Both the position numbers and the translations under genes were made by a program. A DNA stretch of 64,000 nt from the NCBI GenBank assembly GCA_951406725.2, contig OX597833.1, forward strand, positions 2,108,001-2,172,000, written 5' to 3'. This DNA is from Octopus vulgaris (Eukaryota). Of this stretch, positions 1 to 13,409 are shown one piece after another; position 1 is the first letter of the stretch; every line of letters starts with the position of its first letter. Below the pieces are notes generated by a model. It was not told the origin of the DNA. It searched no databases and saw only the letters and a program-made list of their open reading frames with translations.

Positions 1-726
1 CGTCTCTCTCACTTTCACTCCTTCTTCCTTTGCTACTCTCTCTCTCTCTCTTTCTTACTCTCTTTCTTTCTCCCTCTTTGCTCGTTCTTTATCTCTCTAT
101 CTCCCTCTTCTCCTCTCACTCATTTCTACCTTCCTCTGCCTCTCTCTCATTCCTGTTCTCTCCCTCCGTCTCTCTCACTTTCGCTCCTTCTTCCTCTGCC
201 ACTCTCTCTCTCTCTTTCTCTCACTCCATCTCGCCCCCCTCCCCACCACCACCAACCTGCCTCTCCACGTCGTCATCGTCGTCGTCGCCGTCGCCACAGC
301 CGCCGCCGTCGTTATCAGCGCCGCCATCTCCAACAACACCATCATTCACATTAAACAATAAATAACACTGTAAGAACAACAACATCAGCATCACCATCAC
401 CATCATCATTATCAATGCCTTCATCACCATCACCATCACCATCACCATCACCATCATCGTCGTCGTCGTCGTCATCATCATCTTCTAGGCGCAGCTTCTT
501 CTTATAAGCTTATAATACTTACCCCGAAGAAAGGGTGCGAGCGAAGTCTGCGAAAGAAAGAGATCGCCGTACGTTCAAAATCAAGAGGAATATAGTTTAC
601 TTTAGCGTCGGGACTTATTTTCATCACTCCTTTCCATTTGGCTTTCACTGTGACAACTACTATTACTACTATTAACACCACCACTACTACTGCCATACAC
701 GCATACTGGTACAGAAACTTCAGGTT

Positions 727-775
<49 letters not shown>

Positions 776-1774
776 GATTACTATTACTACTACTAGTACT
801 ACTACTACAGTTTGTGTTACTTTTAGCGTCTTCAGATGTGTACCACGTACTCCAGTTTACTATGACTATTGCAGGTAATGGTTAATGGCTTAATTATCAC
901 TAACTACAACAACAATAACAACAATTACAAACACTACTACTAGCTATAATAGTAACAAACATCAACAAACAATATCACTAACAATTGTTGACACTACAAA
1001 CCAAACACTAACTACCGCAATAGTTACCAACCACAAATACTAAAACAAAAACTACTACCGCCCACTCTACAACGCCACGACAACAAAAACACAACCACTA
1101 CGAACTACATCAGTAGCAACAACAACAATTTAATCATCATCACTGCTACTACCTCCACCACAATTAACAACGAGTGTGGTGAACATAATAATGAAAACAC
1201 CGGTTCCGTAGTCGAGAATCCAAACACTACAGCCATCACCGTCGGCTCCGTCGCCTCGTCTGAAATCACTACCACCACCAACACCACCACCACTACCACT
1301 ACTACTACTACTACCAGCTCCCGTACTATCTCAGTGTCTGTCGTCAATAGCACCACCACCACTACCACCACCACCACCACCACCATTTCATCTCCGGATA
1401 GCCCGCGGCTGTTCGCTTCCGGTGACGGCAATGGTGTTGCAGGTAGCAAACATGTCGCCGACACCGCGACCGACGTCACCACCACCACCACCGCCGCCGC
1501 CACCACCACCACTACTACCACCGTAGCTGCATCCACCAATGGTGATGGTGGTGGTAGTAGTGGTGGCGAGAGCGGTATAGGTTCGGGCGGTGGTGGTGGC
1601 GGTGGTGGTGAAGTTGTTGGTGGTGATAGTGGTAGTGGTGATGGTGGTGGTGGTAGTAGTAGTAGTAGCGGTGGTGTTGGTGGTAGTAGTGATAGTAGTT
1701 GCGATGATGCCATCGAGAGTGGTGGTGGTGGTGGTGGTGATGGTAGTGGCGGTGATAGTTTAGCCAGAGGCGGG
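1..1774 (+). repeat. Low-complexity upstream/5'-leader region: (CT)-rich tract, then (CAT/CAC/CGT), (TAC), (CAA), (ACC) and (GGT) trinucleotide runs
   Basis: Direct reading: pyrimidine tract 1-240, CAT/CAC runs ~390-482, (TAC)n ~727-810, ACC/GGT runs 1270-1755. Confidence 0.85.
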
Positions 1775-2091
1775 ATGGATGTCGGCAACAGAGTCGATAG
1801 TAGTCGCAATAACAACAACAATCTTGATAATACTACTACCGCTACTACTACTACTACTAATGATTGTAATACTAGTAAAGGTAGCTATAGCAACGGTATA
1901 AATAGTAGTATTAGTAGTAGTAGGAGCTGCAGTGGCAAAAGCACCGCGACAAGTGGTTTCCGAATTGGCGGGTGCCCGTTCTCAAGACTCGGAGGAAGAG
2001 GTAGGGTAGAGTATGGGGGTGGCGACGGAGTTGGTGGTGGCGGCGGCGGCGGTGTTGGTAGCCCACCCGACGACGAGTATTTGCCCTCACT

Positions 2092-2125
<34 letters not shown>

Positions 2126-2716
2126 CGACAATCATCATCAACAACAACAACAACTACAACATCAACACCAACAACATTGAAACTACATATTCACTCGACA
2201 GCGACAACAACGGTGACCACCACGACGACGACAATGACAAGCACGACAACAGCAACAACACCAACAACAACAACAACAACAACAACAGCAACAAAACCGA
2301 CGACACCGACACTACAACAACAACACCAACAACAACAAAAGCCGCACGTGGCCGGGTTGTGTATGTGGGCCACAGGATCTCACAAAAGCACATCGCCCTT
2401 CTCATCTCAGTCATCAACGACTTCGGCAAATTCTTCTTCTTCGTCGTCGTCGTCGTCATCTATGGTCCCTACGGCCGGTATGGGTGGTAGTGGTGGTGGT
2501 GGTGGTGGTGGTGGTGGTGGTGGTGGCGGCGGTGGCGGGGGCTGTAGCCCCACGGTCACCAGCCCCGGTAGTAAGAGACAGCGCAAGATCAGTAATATAT
2601 CGACGACCTCGTCTTCGGCAGGGTCTGACTCGGAAGGAGTCCAGGATGTTTACACGGAGAGACGAGTCGAGTTACGCGGACTCATCGAAGCAGTTGGCAC
2701 CCTTATTTTACCCACG
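1775..2716 (+). CDS. GUCY1A: First coding exon (314 codons, phase-0 end) of a probable soluble guanylate cyclase alpha subunit with homopolymer-expanded N-terminus
   Basis: First in-frame ATG in strong context (GGCGGGATGG). Motifs GCPFSRL (cf. recalled GECPFSLL/ECPLSRL of vertebrate sGC alpha1/alpha2), RKISNISTTSSSAGSD (cf. RKISSESFSSLGSD) and RRVELRGLIEAVGTLILPT (cf. RRVNLDSLGESISRLTAPS), ending exactly at a consensus donor. No catalytic domain in the window, so the call rests on short motifs. Confidence 0.7.
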
Positions 2717-2722
2717 GTAAGT
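2714..2722 (+). other. 5' splice donor ACG|GTAAGT
   Basis: Perfect GTAAGT at 2717-2722, directly after the conserved LILPT motif; the ORF hits a stop 13 codons later. Confidence 0.85.
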
Positions 2723-2949
2723 AAACCCCACTTTCAACGCATTGTAGTTTTGTAGTAATTGTTGTTGTTGATGATGGTGACCACGATGATGGTGTTATTA
2801 TTTAACCCCAGGTGGACCCCGATCCAGCACTTCTAAGAACAAAGGATCCAGTAGCACCTGTCACCTTGGCCTTATATATATCTGTGTGTGAATATGTATA
2901 TTGTATTATAAAGAGAAAAAAAAATGGATCAAAGGTCTACCTGGGGCTC

Positions 2950-3110
2950 CCTTGCAGGATTGCTCATTTTCTACTAGCTGAGTGGACCGGTACAAAATAA
3001 AATAAGGGTTCTTACTAAAGAACACAACGTGTCGCCCGGTCCAGGAATCGAAACCAGAATCTTACGATTACGAGTGTAACGCCCTTAGCCACTAAGCCAA
3101 ACGGCTTCAC
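2950..3110 (-). mobile_element. Degenerate tRNA-derived SINE
   Basis: Minus strand reads TGGCTTAGTGGCTAAGGGCG (A-box-like) ... GGTTTCGATTCCTGG (B-box-like); a similar relic lies at ~60190-60360. Confidence 0.6.
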
Positions 3111-3149
3111 ATATCTGTATGCGTCTGTGTATGTATGTTTACATATATA

Positions 3150-3193
<44 letters not shown>

Positions 3194-3229
3194 AATATCT
3201 ATATATGTGTGTTTGTAAACATACATATC

Positions 3230-3800
3230 TATATATATGTGTCTGTGTGTTTACATACATATCTATATGTGTGTGTCTGTGTGTATACATACATATCTAT
3301 ATATATGTGTCTGTGTGTTTACATATATATATATGTGTGTATACATACATATCTATATATATGTGTCTGTGTGTATACATACATATCAATATATATGTGT
3401 CTGTGTGTTTACATACATATCTATATATATATGTGTCTGTGTATTTACATACATATCTATATATATGTGTCTGTGTATTTACATACATATCTATATATAT
3501 GTGTCTGTGTGTTTACATACATATCTATATATATGTGTCTGTGTGTATACATACATATCTATATATATGTGTCTGTGTGTTTACATACATATCTATATAT
3601 ATGTGTCTGTGTGTATACATACATATCTATATATATGTGTCTGTGTGTATACATACATATCTATATATATGTGTCTGTGTATTTACATACATATCTATAT
3701 ATATGTGTCTGTGTGTTTACATACAGATGTATATGTGTGTATACATGCATATCTATATATATGTGTCTGTGTGTTTACATACATATCTATATGCGTGTGT
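3230..3800. repeat. 34-bp minisatellite GTGTCTGTGTGTTTACATACATATCTATATATAT (about 15 units) inside TG/TA microsatellite
   Basis: Period 34 seen at 3501/3535/3569/3603, with variants GTTT/GTAT/ATTT. Confidence 0.9.
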
Positions 3801-3873
3801 GTGTATAAATATCTATATGCATGTGTGTGTGTATACATACATATCTATATGTGTGTGTGTATACATACATATT

Positions 3874-3911
<38 letters not shown>

Positions 3912-4122
3912 CATACATATCTGCACGTGTGTGTATGTTGTACGTATGATTCTCCATGCATGTGTGTGTGTGTGTGTACATACATGCCTGTACGTGTGTG
4001 TGCATGCTGTGCGTATGTTTCTCCTTGCATGTGTGTGTATGCCTGTGTCAATGTGTGTGCACATACATATCTGTGTGTGTGTGTGTGTGTTGTGTGTATG
4101 TTTTTTTTCTAGCATGCGTGTA

Positions 4123-4197
<75 letters not shown>

Positions 4198-4697
4198 TTG
4201 TGTGTCTGTGTGTCCACGGAACACAGGCTTTACATTATCCGAAATGTCCACTCTCCATAAAAGAGTTTAGACGGTGTAATTATGACACAGCTAGGGTTAT
4301 TTGACTGCTATTTCTAGGAGATCGATTGACCACGTTCAGGCCCCTTCCTTGTTTCCATGTAACGGCATGGGAGAGGGGGGGAGGCGGTGCGGAAGCCGAA
4401 TGTTGACCCATTTATTTATTTATTTATTTCTGTATTTTTATAATTCATATTTGTTTTTATTATTTAGATTTATTTATTTGTTTATTTATTTTGCATTTTT
4501 TTTTTTCAATAATGTTGAGCAATAACGGAGTTCGGCTTGCAAACGACGTGGTTCCAAGTTCGGTCCCACTGCGCGTTACCTTAGGCACATGGACTTTTAC
4601 TAAAGCCCCGGGATGGCAAATAACTTGTAATCGAATTTACCACACGCGGAAGTCAGTCCCCCCGCCTCTCTCTCTCTCTCCTCCTGTATATATAACT

Positions 4698-5118
4698 GGA
4701 GGGGTTGTGTTGGTAAGTAGCTTGCTTACTAACCACATGGTTCCGGGTTCAGTCCCACTGCGTGGCACCTCGAGCAAGTGTCTCCTACTATAGCCTCGAG
4801 CCGACCAATGCCTTGTGAGTGGATTTCGTAGACGGAAACTGAAAGAAGCCCGTTGTATATATATATATATATGTGTGTGTGTGTATATGTTTGTGTGTGT
4901 ATGTGTGTTATGTTTGTGTGTCTGTGTTTCTCCACCATCGCTTGACAACCGATGTTGGTGTGTTCACGTCCCCGTAACTTAGCGGTTCGGCAAAAGAGAC
5001 CGATAGAATAAGTACTACGCTTACAAAGAATAAGTCCTGGGGTCGAGTTGCTCGACTAAAGGTGGTGCTTCGGCATGGCCACAGTCAAATGACTGAAACA
5101 AACGAAAGAATAAAAGAA
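4698..5118 (+). mobile_element. SINE family A (tRNA-derived head, CORE-like CCTTGGGCAAGT segment, internal TA/TG microsatellite, AAAAGAG/T tail)
   Basis: GTGGTAAGTAGCTTGC..GGTTCAGTCCC head and GACTGAAACAAGTAAAAGA tail shared by about 18 copies in this window. Confidence 0.85.
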
Positions 5119-6006
5119 TGTGTGTGTGTATATGTGTGGGGGTTAGATGGGCGTGTGTGTGTGTTAACGTGTGTCAGTCATGGCAGCCGGTGCTGGTTTA
5201 TTTACATCCTGTAACTTAACGGTTTGGCAACGGATTAAAAGCGTAACAGTTAACTATCAAACTGTAAAGGTAAATACTGGGGGTAGATTTGTGTGGCTGC
5301 CCCAGCATGACCGCAGCCTCAAAGGCTGAAAGCAGGTAAAATAATTAAGGGCAAAATATAGAAAGGGAGAAAATCCGAAGATACACACACACACACATAC
5401 ACACACACACGTACACACACGTAAATACACGCACATACATATACACACATACACACATATATACATGCACACATATATACATACCTACATACATATATAC
5501 ATACATATGTATATATATATACATACACGTGGATGCATACACACATACATACATATACATACATATATATATACACACACGTATACATATATATATATAC
5601 ATACATACATATATATAATATACATATATACATTTATGTCTACACATATGCATGCATATATTATATATATTATATATATATATGCATGCATATATTAGAG
5701 AGAGAGAGAGAGAGATACACACACATGCACATGCGCACATGCACCCCCCCCCCCGACACACCTACACACGCGTACATACGTACAGGATAGCGGGCTTCCG
5801 CGCGGTTTCCGTCAAGAAAGTTCCCTCATATTAATCAACCTGGATCGGTGAAAGAAAACATTTGTCCGAAGTGCCATGCAGTGGGGTTGAACCCGAAACG
5901 ATCCTTTTTGCAATCCTTTTGCGAAGCAAACTTCCGACCCCCCCACGCACACGCACACCCACCCAGGTTTGCGCTCATGCTTACGTCCTACGCAATGAAC
6001 ATACAC

Positions 6007-6076
<70 letters not shown>

Positions 6077-6398
6077 AGTAGTAGTAGTAGTAGTAGTTAT
6101 GTTGTTGGTGGTGGTGTTCTGAGGGTGGTGTATTGGTATCGTCACTTGTGCGTCGAACAAAGGGACATTCTCGCACGCTTAGTTACGTTCACCCCGAGTT
6201 CAAATCTTGTCCGCGCTGTGTGTACTTTCACTTTCATCTTTGTGTGTGAGGCGATGGTGAGGGCGACAGATACATGAAATACATGAAGCGGGTAGTTTGT
6301 ATACAGGTGTATATAAACGGGTACTATTCAATGTTTCATGCACGGTACCCCATCAATTTAAACCCTTTACTTGACCAAAGCAATTTGATAACATTGTT

Positions 6399-6992
6399 GG
6401 TGAGCTGGCAGAAACGTTAGCACGCCGGGCGAAGTGCTTAGTGGTATTTCGTCTGCCACTACGTTCTGAGTTCAAATTCCGCCGAGGTCGACTTTGCCTT
6501 TCATCCTTTCGGGGTCGATTAAATAAGTACCAGTTACGCACTGGGTTGATATAATCGACTTAATCCGTTTGTTTGTCCTTGTTTGTCCCCTCTGTGTTTA
6601 GCCCCTTGTGGGCAATAAAGAAATAGGTATTTCGTCTGCCGCTACGTTCTGAGTTCAAATTCCGCCGAGGTCGACTTTGCCTTTCATCCTTTCGGGGTCG
6701 ATTAAATAAGTACCAGTTACGCACTGGGGTTTGATATAATCGACTTAATCCGTTTGTTTGTCCTTGTTTGTCCCTTCTGTGTGTATCCCCTTGTGGGTCG
6801 TAAAGAAATAGGTATTTCGTCTGCCGCTACGTTCTGAGTTCAAATTCCGCCGAGGTCGACTTTGCATTTCTTCCTTTCGGGGTCGATTGAATAAGTACCA
6901 GTTACGCACTGGGGTCGATATAATCGACTTAATCCGTTTGTCGGTCCTTGTTTGTCCCCTCTGTGTTTAGCCCCTTGTGGGTAATAATGAAG
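6399..6992 (+). mobile_element. SINE family B tandem array (head plus about 3 units of ~184 bp)
   Basis: A-box TGGCAGAAACGTTAG, B-box GAGTTCAAATTCC, central CTTTCATCCTTTCGGGGTCGAT..AAGTACC (Meta/Sauria-type domain, from memory); units rejoin at AAAGAAATAG|GTATTTCG. Confidence 0.85.
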
Positions 6993-7270
6993 TAGGTATA
7001 CCCATAATGTTGGATTGTCTTTGGCGAGAGATCGACTTGATCAGAACTGACCTGGATGTAAACGAGGTCAGCAACAACAACAAGCACAACAACAACAACG
7101 GGAAGAACAGCGATGACGAAGGCCGCTGACGGCAATAACAAGACGGACAGCTGCAGCAGAAGCAACGACAATAGCATCGCTGACAAAGAGCAACGTCGAA
7201 AATGACCGAAATAATAACAACCAAGGCAACAATAATAATGACAACGACATCAACAACAACAGCCTTTTCG

Positions 7271-7314
<44 letters not shown>

Positions 7315-7542
7315 TGTCTCGTTTCCACCCCCCACCCCACTATCCTCCATTGGTGTTTTCGTCTTTCGGCAGTTGAAGCATTTTCGCTATAAATAGAACC
7401 ACATGTAGCAGCGGAACGGACACACAGACAGACACATACTCGCACAGATACACAGATGCAAAGACACGTGGAGGCTCGGTAACGTACACTCACCGAAAGA
7501 TAAACACGCCTACACACATATATACGCTCACATGCATGCACG

Positions 7543-7630
<88 letters not shown>

Positions 7631-7708
7631 TATATATATGTATATATATATGTATATATATGTGAATATGACTGTATATTTATATTTGTGTATATTTATG
7701 CATGCATG

Positions 7709-7803
<95 letters not shown>

Positions 7804-7817
7804 CGTATGTATGTATG

Positions 7818-7873
<56 letters not shown>

Positions 7874-7943
7874 TGTACATATATACACCTACATACAAGT
7901 GTATATTTGTATTTGTGTGTGTGTGTGATATAGACAGATAGAT

Positions 7944-7992
<49 letters not shown>

Positions 7993-8012
7993 TAAATAGA
8001 TAGATAGATACA

Positions 8013-8046
<34 letters not shown>

Positions 8047-8346
8047 CATAAAATATATGTAAGATTCGGGTGAATATGGTACATGAGTTGGTGCACCTAG
8101 TTAAGTTTGAATAATACACACACAGTAATTTGCAAATATTAACCTCGGTATAGAATTGCCGACAGAATTAAATTTCTGTTGCGTTTGCAGAGAATTAGAT
8201 TCAGTTCGAATATAGAATCCCCTGTTCAGCTTTTCAGACAGGTGCACTTAATTAAATGCGCAGTCCGTAATAAAGTTCAGAATATGGAAAGGACACGTTG
8301 TGTGGTTGGTGTATAACATATAAATGAATGAAAAGTGAAGGATATA

Positions 8347-8511
8347 GGCGCAGGAGTGGCTGTGTGGTAAGTAGCTTGCTTACCAACCACATAGTTTCGG
8401 GTTCAGTCCCACTGCGTGGCACCTTGGACAAGTGTCTTTTGCTATAGCCTCCGGCCGGCCGAAGCCTTTTGAGTGGATTTGGTAGACGGCAACTGAAAGA
8501 AGCCCGTCGTA

Positions 8512-8559
<48 letters not shown>

Positions 8560-8829
8560 CATACATACACATAAAAACACACACAAACATATATGTGTTT
8601 GCATGTGGTTGTATGTTTCTGTGTCTGTGTTTGTCCCGCCACCATCGCTTGACAACCGATGCTGGTGTGTTTACGTCTCCGTAAACTAGCGGTTCGGCAA
8701 CAGAGACTGATAGAACAAGTGCTAGGCTTACAAAAATTGAGTCCTGGGGTCGATTTGTCCGACTAAGGGTGGTGCTCCAGCATGGCCGCAGTCAAATGAC
8801 CGAAACAAATAAAAGAGTAAAAGAATAAA
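8347..8829 (+). mobile_element. SINE family A, full length
   Basis: GGCGCAGGAGTGGCTGTGTGG head through AAAAGAGTAAAAGAAT tail. Confidence 0.9.
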
Positions 8830-8978
8830 AAAAAATATTTTAAAAAATTACCAACCAAGAAGATGGAATGAACAGGATTTAATTATGAAATGCAACAATC
8901 GTCTCTGCGCCGTAGTCTCAGCTTCTAAATACTGAGCCTTGCATATCATACTATCGCTATTGTAGTATTATGTGGAAA

Positions 8979-9309
8979 GTGGAGGCGCAATGGCCCAGTG
9001 GTTTGTGAGTGTTTATTGAGCGAAAACACCTAAAGCTCCACGAGGCTCCGGCAGGGGATGGTGGTGATCCCTGCTGTACTCTTTCACCACAAATTTCTCT
9101 CACTCTTACTTCCTGTTTCTGTTGTACCTGTATTTCAAAGGGCTGGCCTTGTCACTCTCTGTGTCACGCTGAATATCCCCGAGAACTACGTTAAGGGTAC
9201 ACGTGTCTGTGGAGTGCTCAGCCACTTACACGTTAATTTCACGAGCAGGCTGTTCCGTTGATTCGGATCAACCGGAACCCTCGTCGTCGTAACCGACGGA
9301 GTGCTTCCC
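8979..9309 (+). mobile_element. SINE family C (tRNA-Arg-like) with 54-bp deletion in the head; 12-bp TSD
   Basis: TSD ATTATGTGGAAA at 8967-8978 and 9310-9321; body nearly identical to 25525-25909. Confidence 0.9.
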
Positions 9310-9429
9310 ATTATGTGGAAAAACTGAGCGACGAAACAATTGTTGTGTTCTATAGTTAAAGATTAAAATCAATATCTATTCAGAAATGTACAAAAAATGA
9401 TTGTATTTTTTGTTGACCTTTATCGACAT

Positions 9430-9970
9430 TAATGGTAAATATCACCTCCCACATTTTTGTCACCAAAAGTTCCGACTGTGTCACGTGCTACAAAGGAAGG
9501 AATGCGGTAAAGACCGTAGAGCTGACGTATTCTTGGGAAGCGAACATCGAAGGCGATTTCCTCCGGAAAGACAGAAAGTACGAAGAACTGGTTGAAATCT
9601 GTGAATACAATGGATGGGAAGTAATATGCTTTTCTGTAGAGATCTGTCAGAGGAATTTGTTGGAACAAGGGTTCAGTTGATACCCAGGTATCTTGGACTA
9701 GTTGCGAAGAAGAAAAGAGAAGCTGTCAGGAAATCGTCGAAAGCTGACAAGAAAGCAATATGGCACGTGTGGTACAGTAAGAACGAGCAATGAGGATGGT
9801 AGGGACATCTGGCCCAGAGTTGCAGCTTCTAGTTCAACAAAGCTCGAACTGTTGTATAGAAGTTTTGTCACTTATATCGGTGGGTGACTCTGGTCAGCTG
9901 TAGAGTCGTGGTGGAAGCGGTCGAAACGCCTACAGACCTACTTCACTGCCTGATGTGACTTCGACTCCTA
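9430..9970 (+). mobile_element. Degenerate 3' end of a HERO-like RLE non-LTR retrotransposon
   Basis: VELTYSWEANIEGDFLRKDRKYEELVEICEYNGWEVICFSVEI matches the ELTVPWE..E....K..KY..LV..C...GW....PVEVG restriction-like endonuclease pattern. Confidence 0.75.
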
Positions 9971-10666
9971 CATTCTCCTTTGAACAGAAATGTTTACCCT
10001 CAAGGTTTATTCAGTAATGACTAAAAGAAATCGATAAATAATGTATTATAAAGTTTGTTTAACAATGAGAAAAGCATTGTCAATGTTAGTTTAACATTTG
10101 ATAAAAAAAAAGAAGTTTGTTCATATCGTTTTTTAATAATGAAGAACATGTGTACATTATGTTCGATCAGTATTGATCAGTATTTCTCGATAATGATATT
10201 TCAGCAATGGACAAAAAAAAAGCCAATATGTGTTCCGTAATAAAGGAAACATTTAATAATGTTAGCATTTCGCCAGTCGCTACGTTCTGAGTTCAAATTC
10301 CGCCGGGGTCGACATTGCTTTTCAAACTTTCGAGGTCGATAAATTAAATACCAGTTACGCACTGGGGTTGAGGTAATCGACTGGCCGCCACTCCCAAAAT
10401 TTCAGACCTTGTGCCTATAGTAGAAAATATTTAATAATGTTAGCTCAATGATGATTGAAATATTAATAGTGTTAGTTCAATAATGACCAAGACAGCGATA
10501 ATGGTCTTTTAGTAACGAGTCCTAAATATCTATTATTTTACCAAAAAAAAAACAAAGAAAATATTGATTCTGGGTATTTTTATTCAGCAATGAACGAGTC
10601 ATAATAATAATTCTTTCGGTGATCAAACAAGGAAAATATCTAAATAACTGGTAATGTGCATAATAT

Positions 10667-11088
10667 TACTCTTACTCTTTTACTTGTTTCAGTCATGTGA
10701 CTGTGACCATGCTGGAGCACCGCCTTTTAGTTGAGCAAATTGACCCCAGGACTTATTCTTTGTAGGCACAGTACTTATTCTATCGATCTCTTGTTCCGAA
10801 CCGCTAAGTGACGGGGACGTAAACACACCAGCATCGGTTGTCAAGCGTTGTTGTGGGGGACAAACACAGACACGCAAACACACCCATATATATATGTATA
10901 TATATATATATATATATACACATATATACGACAGGCTTCTTTCAGTTTCCGTCTACCAAATCCACTCACAAGGCTTTGGTCGACCCGAGGCTATAGTAGA
11001 AGACACTTGCCCAAGGTGACACGCAGTGGGACTGAACCCGGAACCATGTGGTTGGTAAGCAAGTTACTTACCACATAGCCACTCCTGG
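10667..11088 (-). mobile_element. SINE family A, full length
   Basis: Reverse complement of family A head and tail. Confidence 0.9.
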
Positions 11089-12366
11089 GGCAATATTGTG
11101 CCTGTGTTTGTCCACCACCAACACTTGACAACTGGTGTTGGTTTGTTTATGTCCCTGTGACCTTGCTGTTTGGAAAAAAATGCCGGATAGAATTGCTTAC
11201 TGTTTAAAGTTGTTCGTCAATGAGGACGACGACGTTGTCCCCCTAGGAGTCTTGTCCTAGATTTTGTGAGTTTGATAGATGTGAAAATAGTCCCATCCTG
11301 GAAATGGCATGTTCTTGCACAAAGATGCTGTTTCCTAAGATGGGTCGGCCACGTTATCAGGATGTCTGACAATCGTCTCCCGAAAATGGTCCCCTTGGGA
11401 GGGCTATCAACCCTTGTTTGCACGCACTGTTTGCAGTGGGACTGAACCCGGAACCATGTGGTTGGTAAGCAAGCTACTTACCACACAGCCACTCCTGCGC
11501 CCGTAACAGAATAAGTAACAGAATTAGAAAGAAAAAAAAACCTCCCAGGTCACCATTCTTGATAAATGACTTCAATAGCAACCACAAGGTGTGCATCGAT
11601 CCGAAGTATACTTTCAAGCGAACAACAATAATAATTTTGTTTTCATCTTTTTTTATTTCTCGCCTTTTCTTTTTTCATTACATTTTATACTCCGCGGTTG
11701 ACATCAAACATTCGACACCGCCTATTTTTCACAGACTTTCGGTTTGTTTACAGTCAACAAACACTCGAATACCAACGAGAAAATACGAAATAGAAACACA
11801 GACAACACCCAATCATACGCATACATATCTATCAAATTTAATAAAACAATGTTTTATAAAATGTTATTCCGAAGTAATATACATTTTTCTTTCGAAAATC
11901 ACTTTTCTATTCATTATTTTTATATAAGCACCAACAAATTTCACAAAAGTTATATCATAATTATCGTACGTACACCATATTTCTAGATATTATTCGTCAG
12001 AGGGTGGGTGGAAATCAAGTTCAATAATATACAAATTGTGATAATGTTTTCCTTTTTTTTTCTTTTCATAATAATGTCTATAATATACTCAATATTTATT
12101 TAATAATGAGAGAATTCTCGGTAACTCTTTTTAATTTAATAACGTACAAAATATCGATAAAATTTGTTAAGTAATTATTAAATTATTTCATATTTTTATG
12201 CCGTGAGTAGAAGAGCAAACGAACAAGTTTTGATAGTTTGACAGATTTCTTTTTTCAATAACGAAACTCTGTTCTTCATATGTGTTTTAATAGCGAAGAG
12301 TGCAGCCATGGCTGTGTGGTTAAGGTACTTGTTTCGGAAACGGTGTGAGCAAAACGTTTCATACTA

Positions 12367-12576
12367 CATTAATCCGTCACCCTATCGCAGTTCACTTAAC
12401 GCGCACTCGGTACATCGCGGATTTTTCTAGTTGATATATGTATGTTTATATCGCGGACTCCTCAGTATATCGCGGGTTTCTGCTGCCGATAGGTATTTAT
12501 ATATTTTTTTAAAGATTTTAATTATTTCTGTGGGAGGTTTTGGAATCTAACACCCGCGATAGTCGAGGTGTTATTG
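12367..12576. mobile_element. Tigger/pogo-like MITE (about 210 bp, TA-flanked)
   Basis: Degenerate TIRs CATTAATCCGTCACCCTATCGC / GCGATAGTCGAGGTGTTATTG, flanked by TA; relatives at 14609-14818 and 50482-50671. Confidence 0.65.
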
Positions 12577-12797
12577 TATAGTCAAGGACCAACCAATACT
12601 TTGTAAGTGAAATTGGTAGACAGAAACCGAAGCCGATCGATCGATCACCAGCTAGATATATCGATGGGTAGATAGATCGATAGATAGATGGATGGACGGA
12701 CGGACAGACAGACAGACAGACAGACGAACGAATGGACGGACTGACGGACGGACAGACAGACAGACGGACGGATGGATGGACGGGCGGACGGACGGGC

Positions 12798-12828
<31 letters not shown>

Positions 12829-12845
12829 TAGATAGATAGATAGAC

Positions 12846-12882
<37 letters not shown>

Positions 12883-12998
12883 AGCAGACAAGTAAGTAGG
12901 CAGCTAGGTAGGTAGGTAGGTGGATGCATGAATGGATAGATGGACGGATTTTTGTTGAAAATCATATGTGCGTGTGCTTGTTTGTGCATGTAAGCATG

Positions 12999-13062
<64 letters not shown>

Positions 13063-13235
13063 TACAAAATTAGAAAATGGAGAAACATACTTAAATCAAT
13101 CAAACATCAACCATCAGATGATACCCAATCAATACTTTATTACATCATTACATAACAGCAAAGACATTATACAAAATATATTGTAAATATAATTAGACAA
13201 GGAAATAGAATGAATTTTCAACCCCTATCTCATTT

Positions 13236-13285
<50 letters not shown>

Positions 13286-13409
13286 CATGTGTGTGTGTGT
13301 GTGTGTATGTGTGTGTGTATGTGTGTCTACAGGTTGCTACGTGTGAAATCTCAATGCTTATATACGTATGTTTTCATTATATATAAGACTTTATCGTTCA
13401 AGTGCGCAC

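Noticed and set aside
1105-2459. Antisense ORFs (238 aa and others) over exon 1
   Set aside because: Mirror frames of trinucleotide repeats without conserved motifs.
9918-9966. GTCGAAAC...CTGATGTGAC as a type II hammerhead
   Set aside because: The core is CUGAUGU and no stem III or NUH site lies between the halves; more likely HERO 3' UTR structure.
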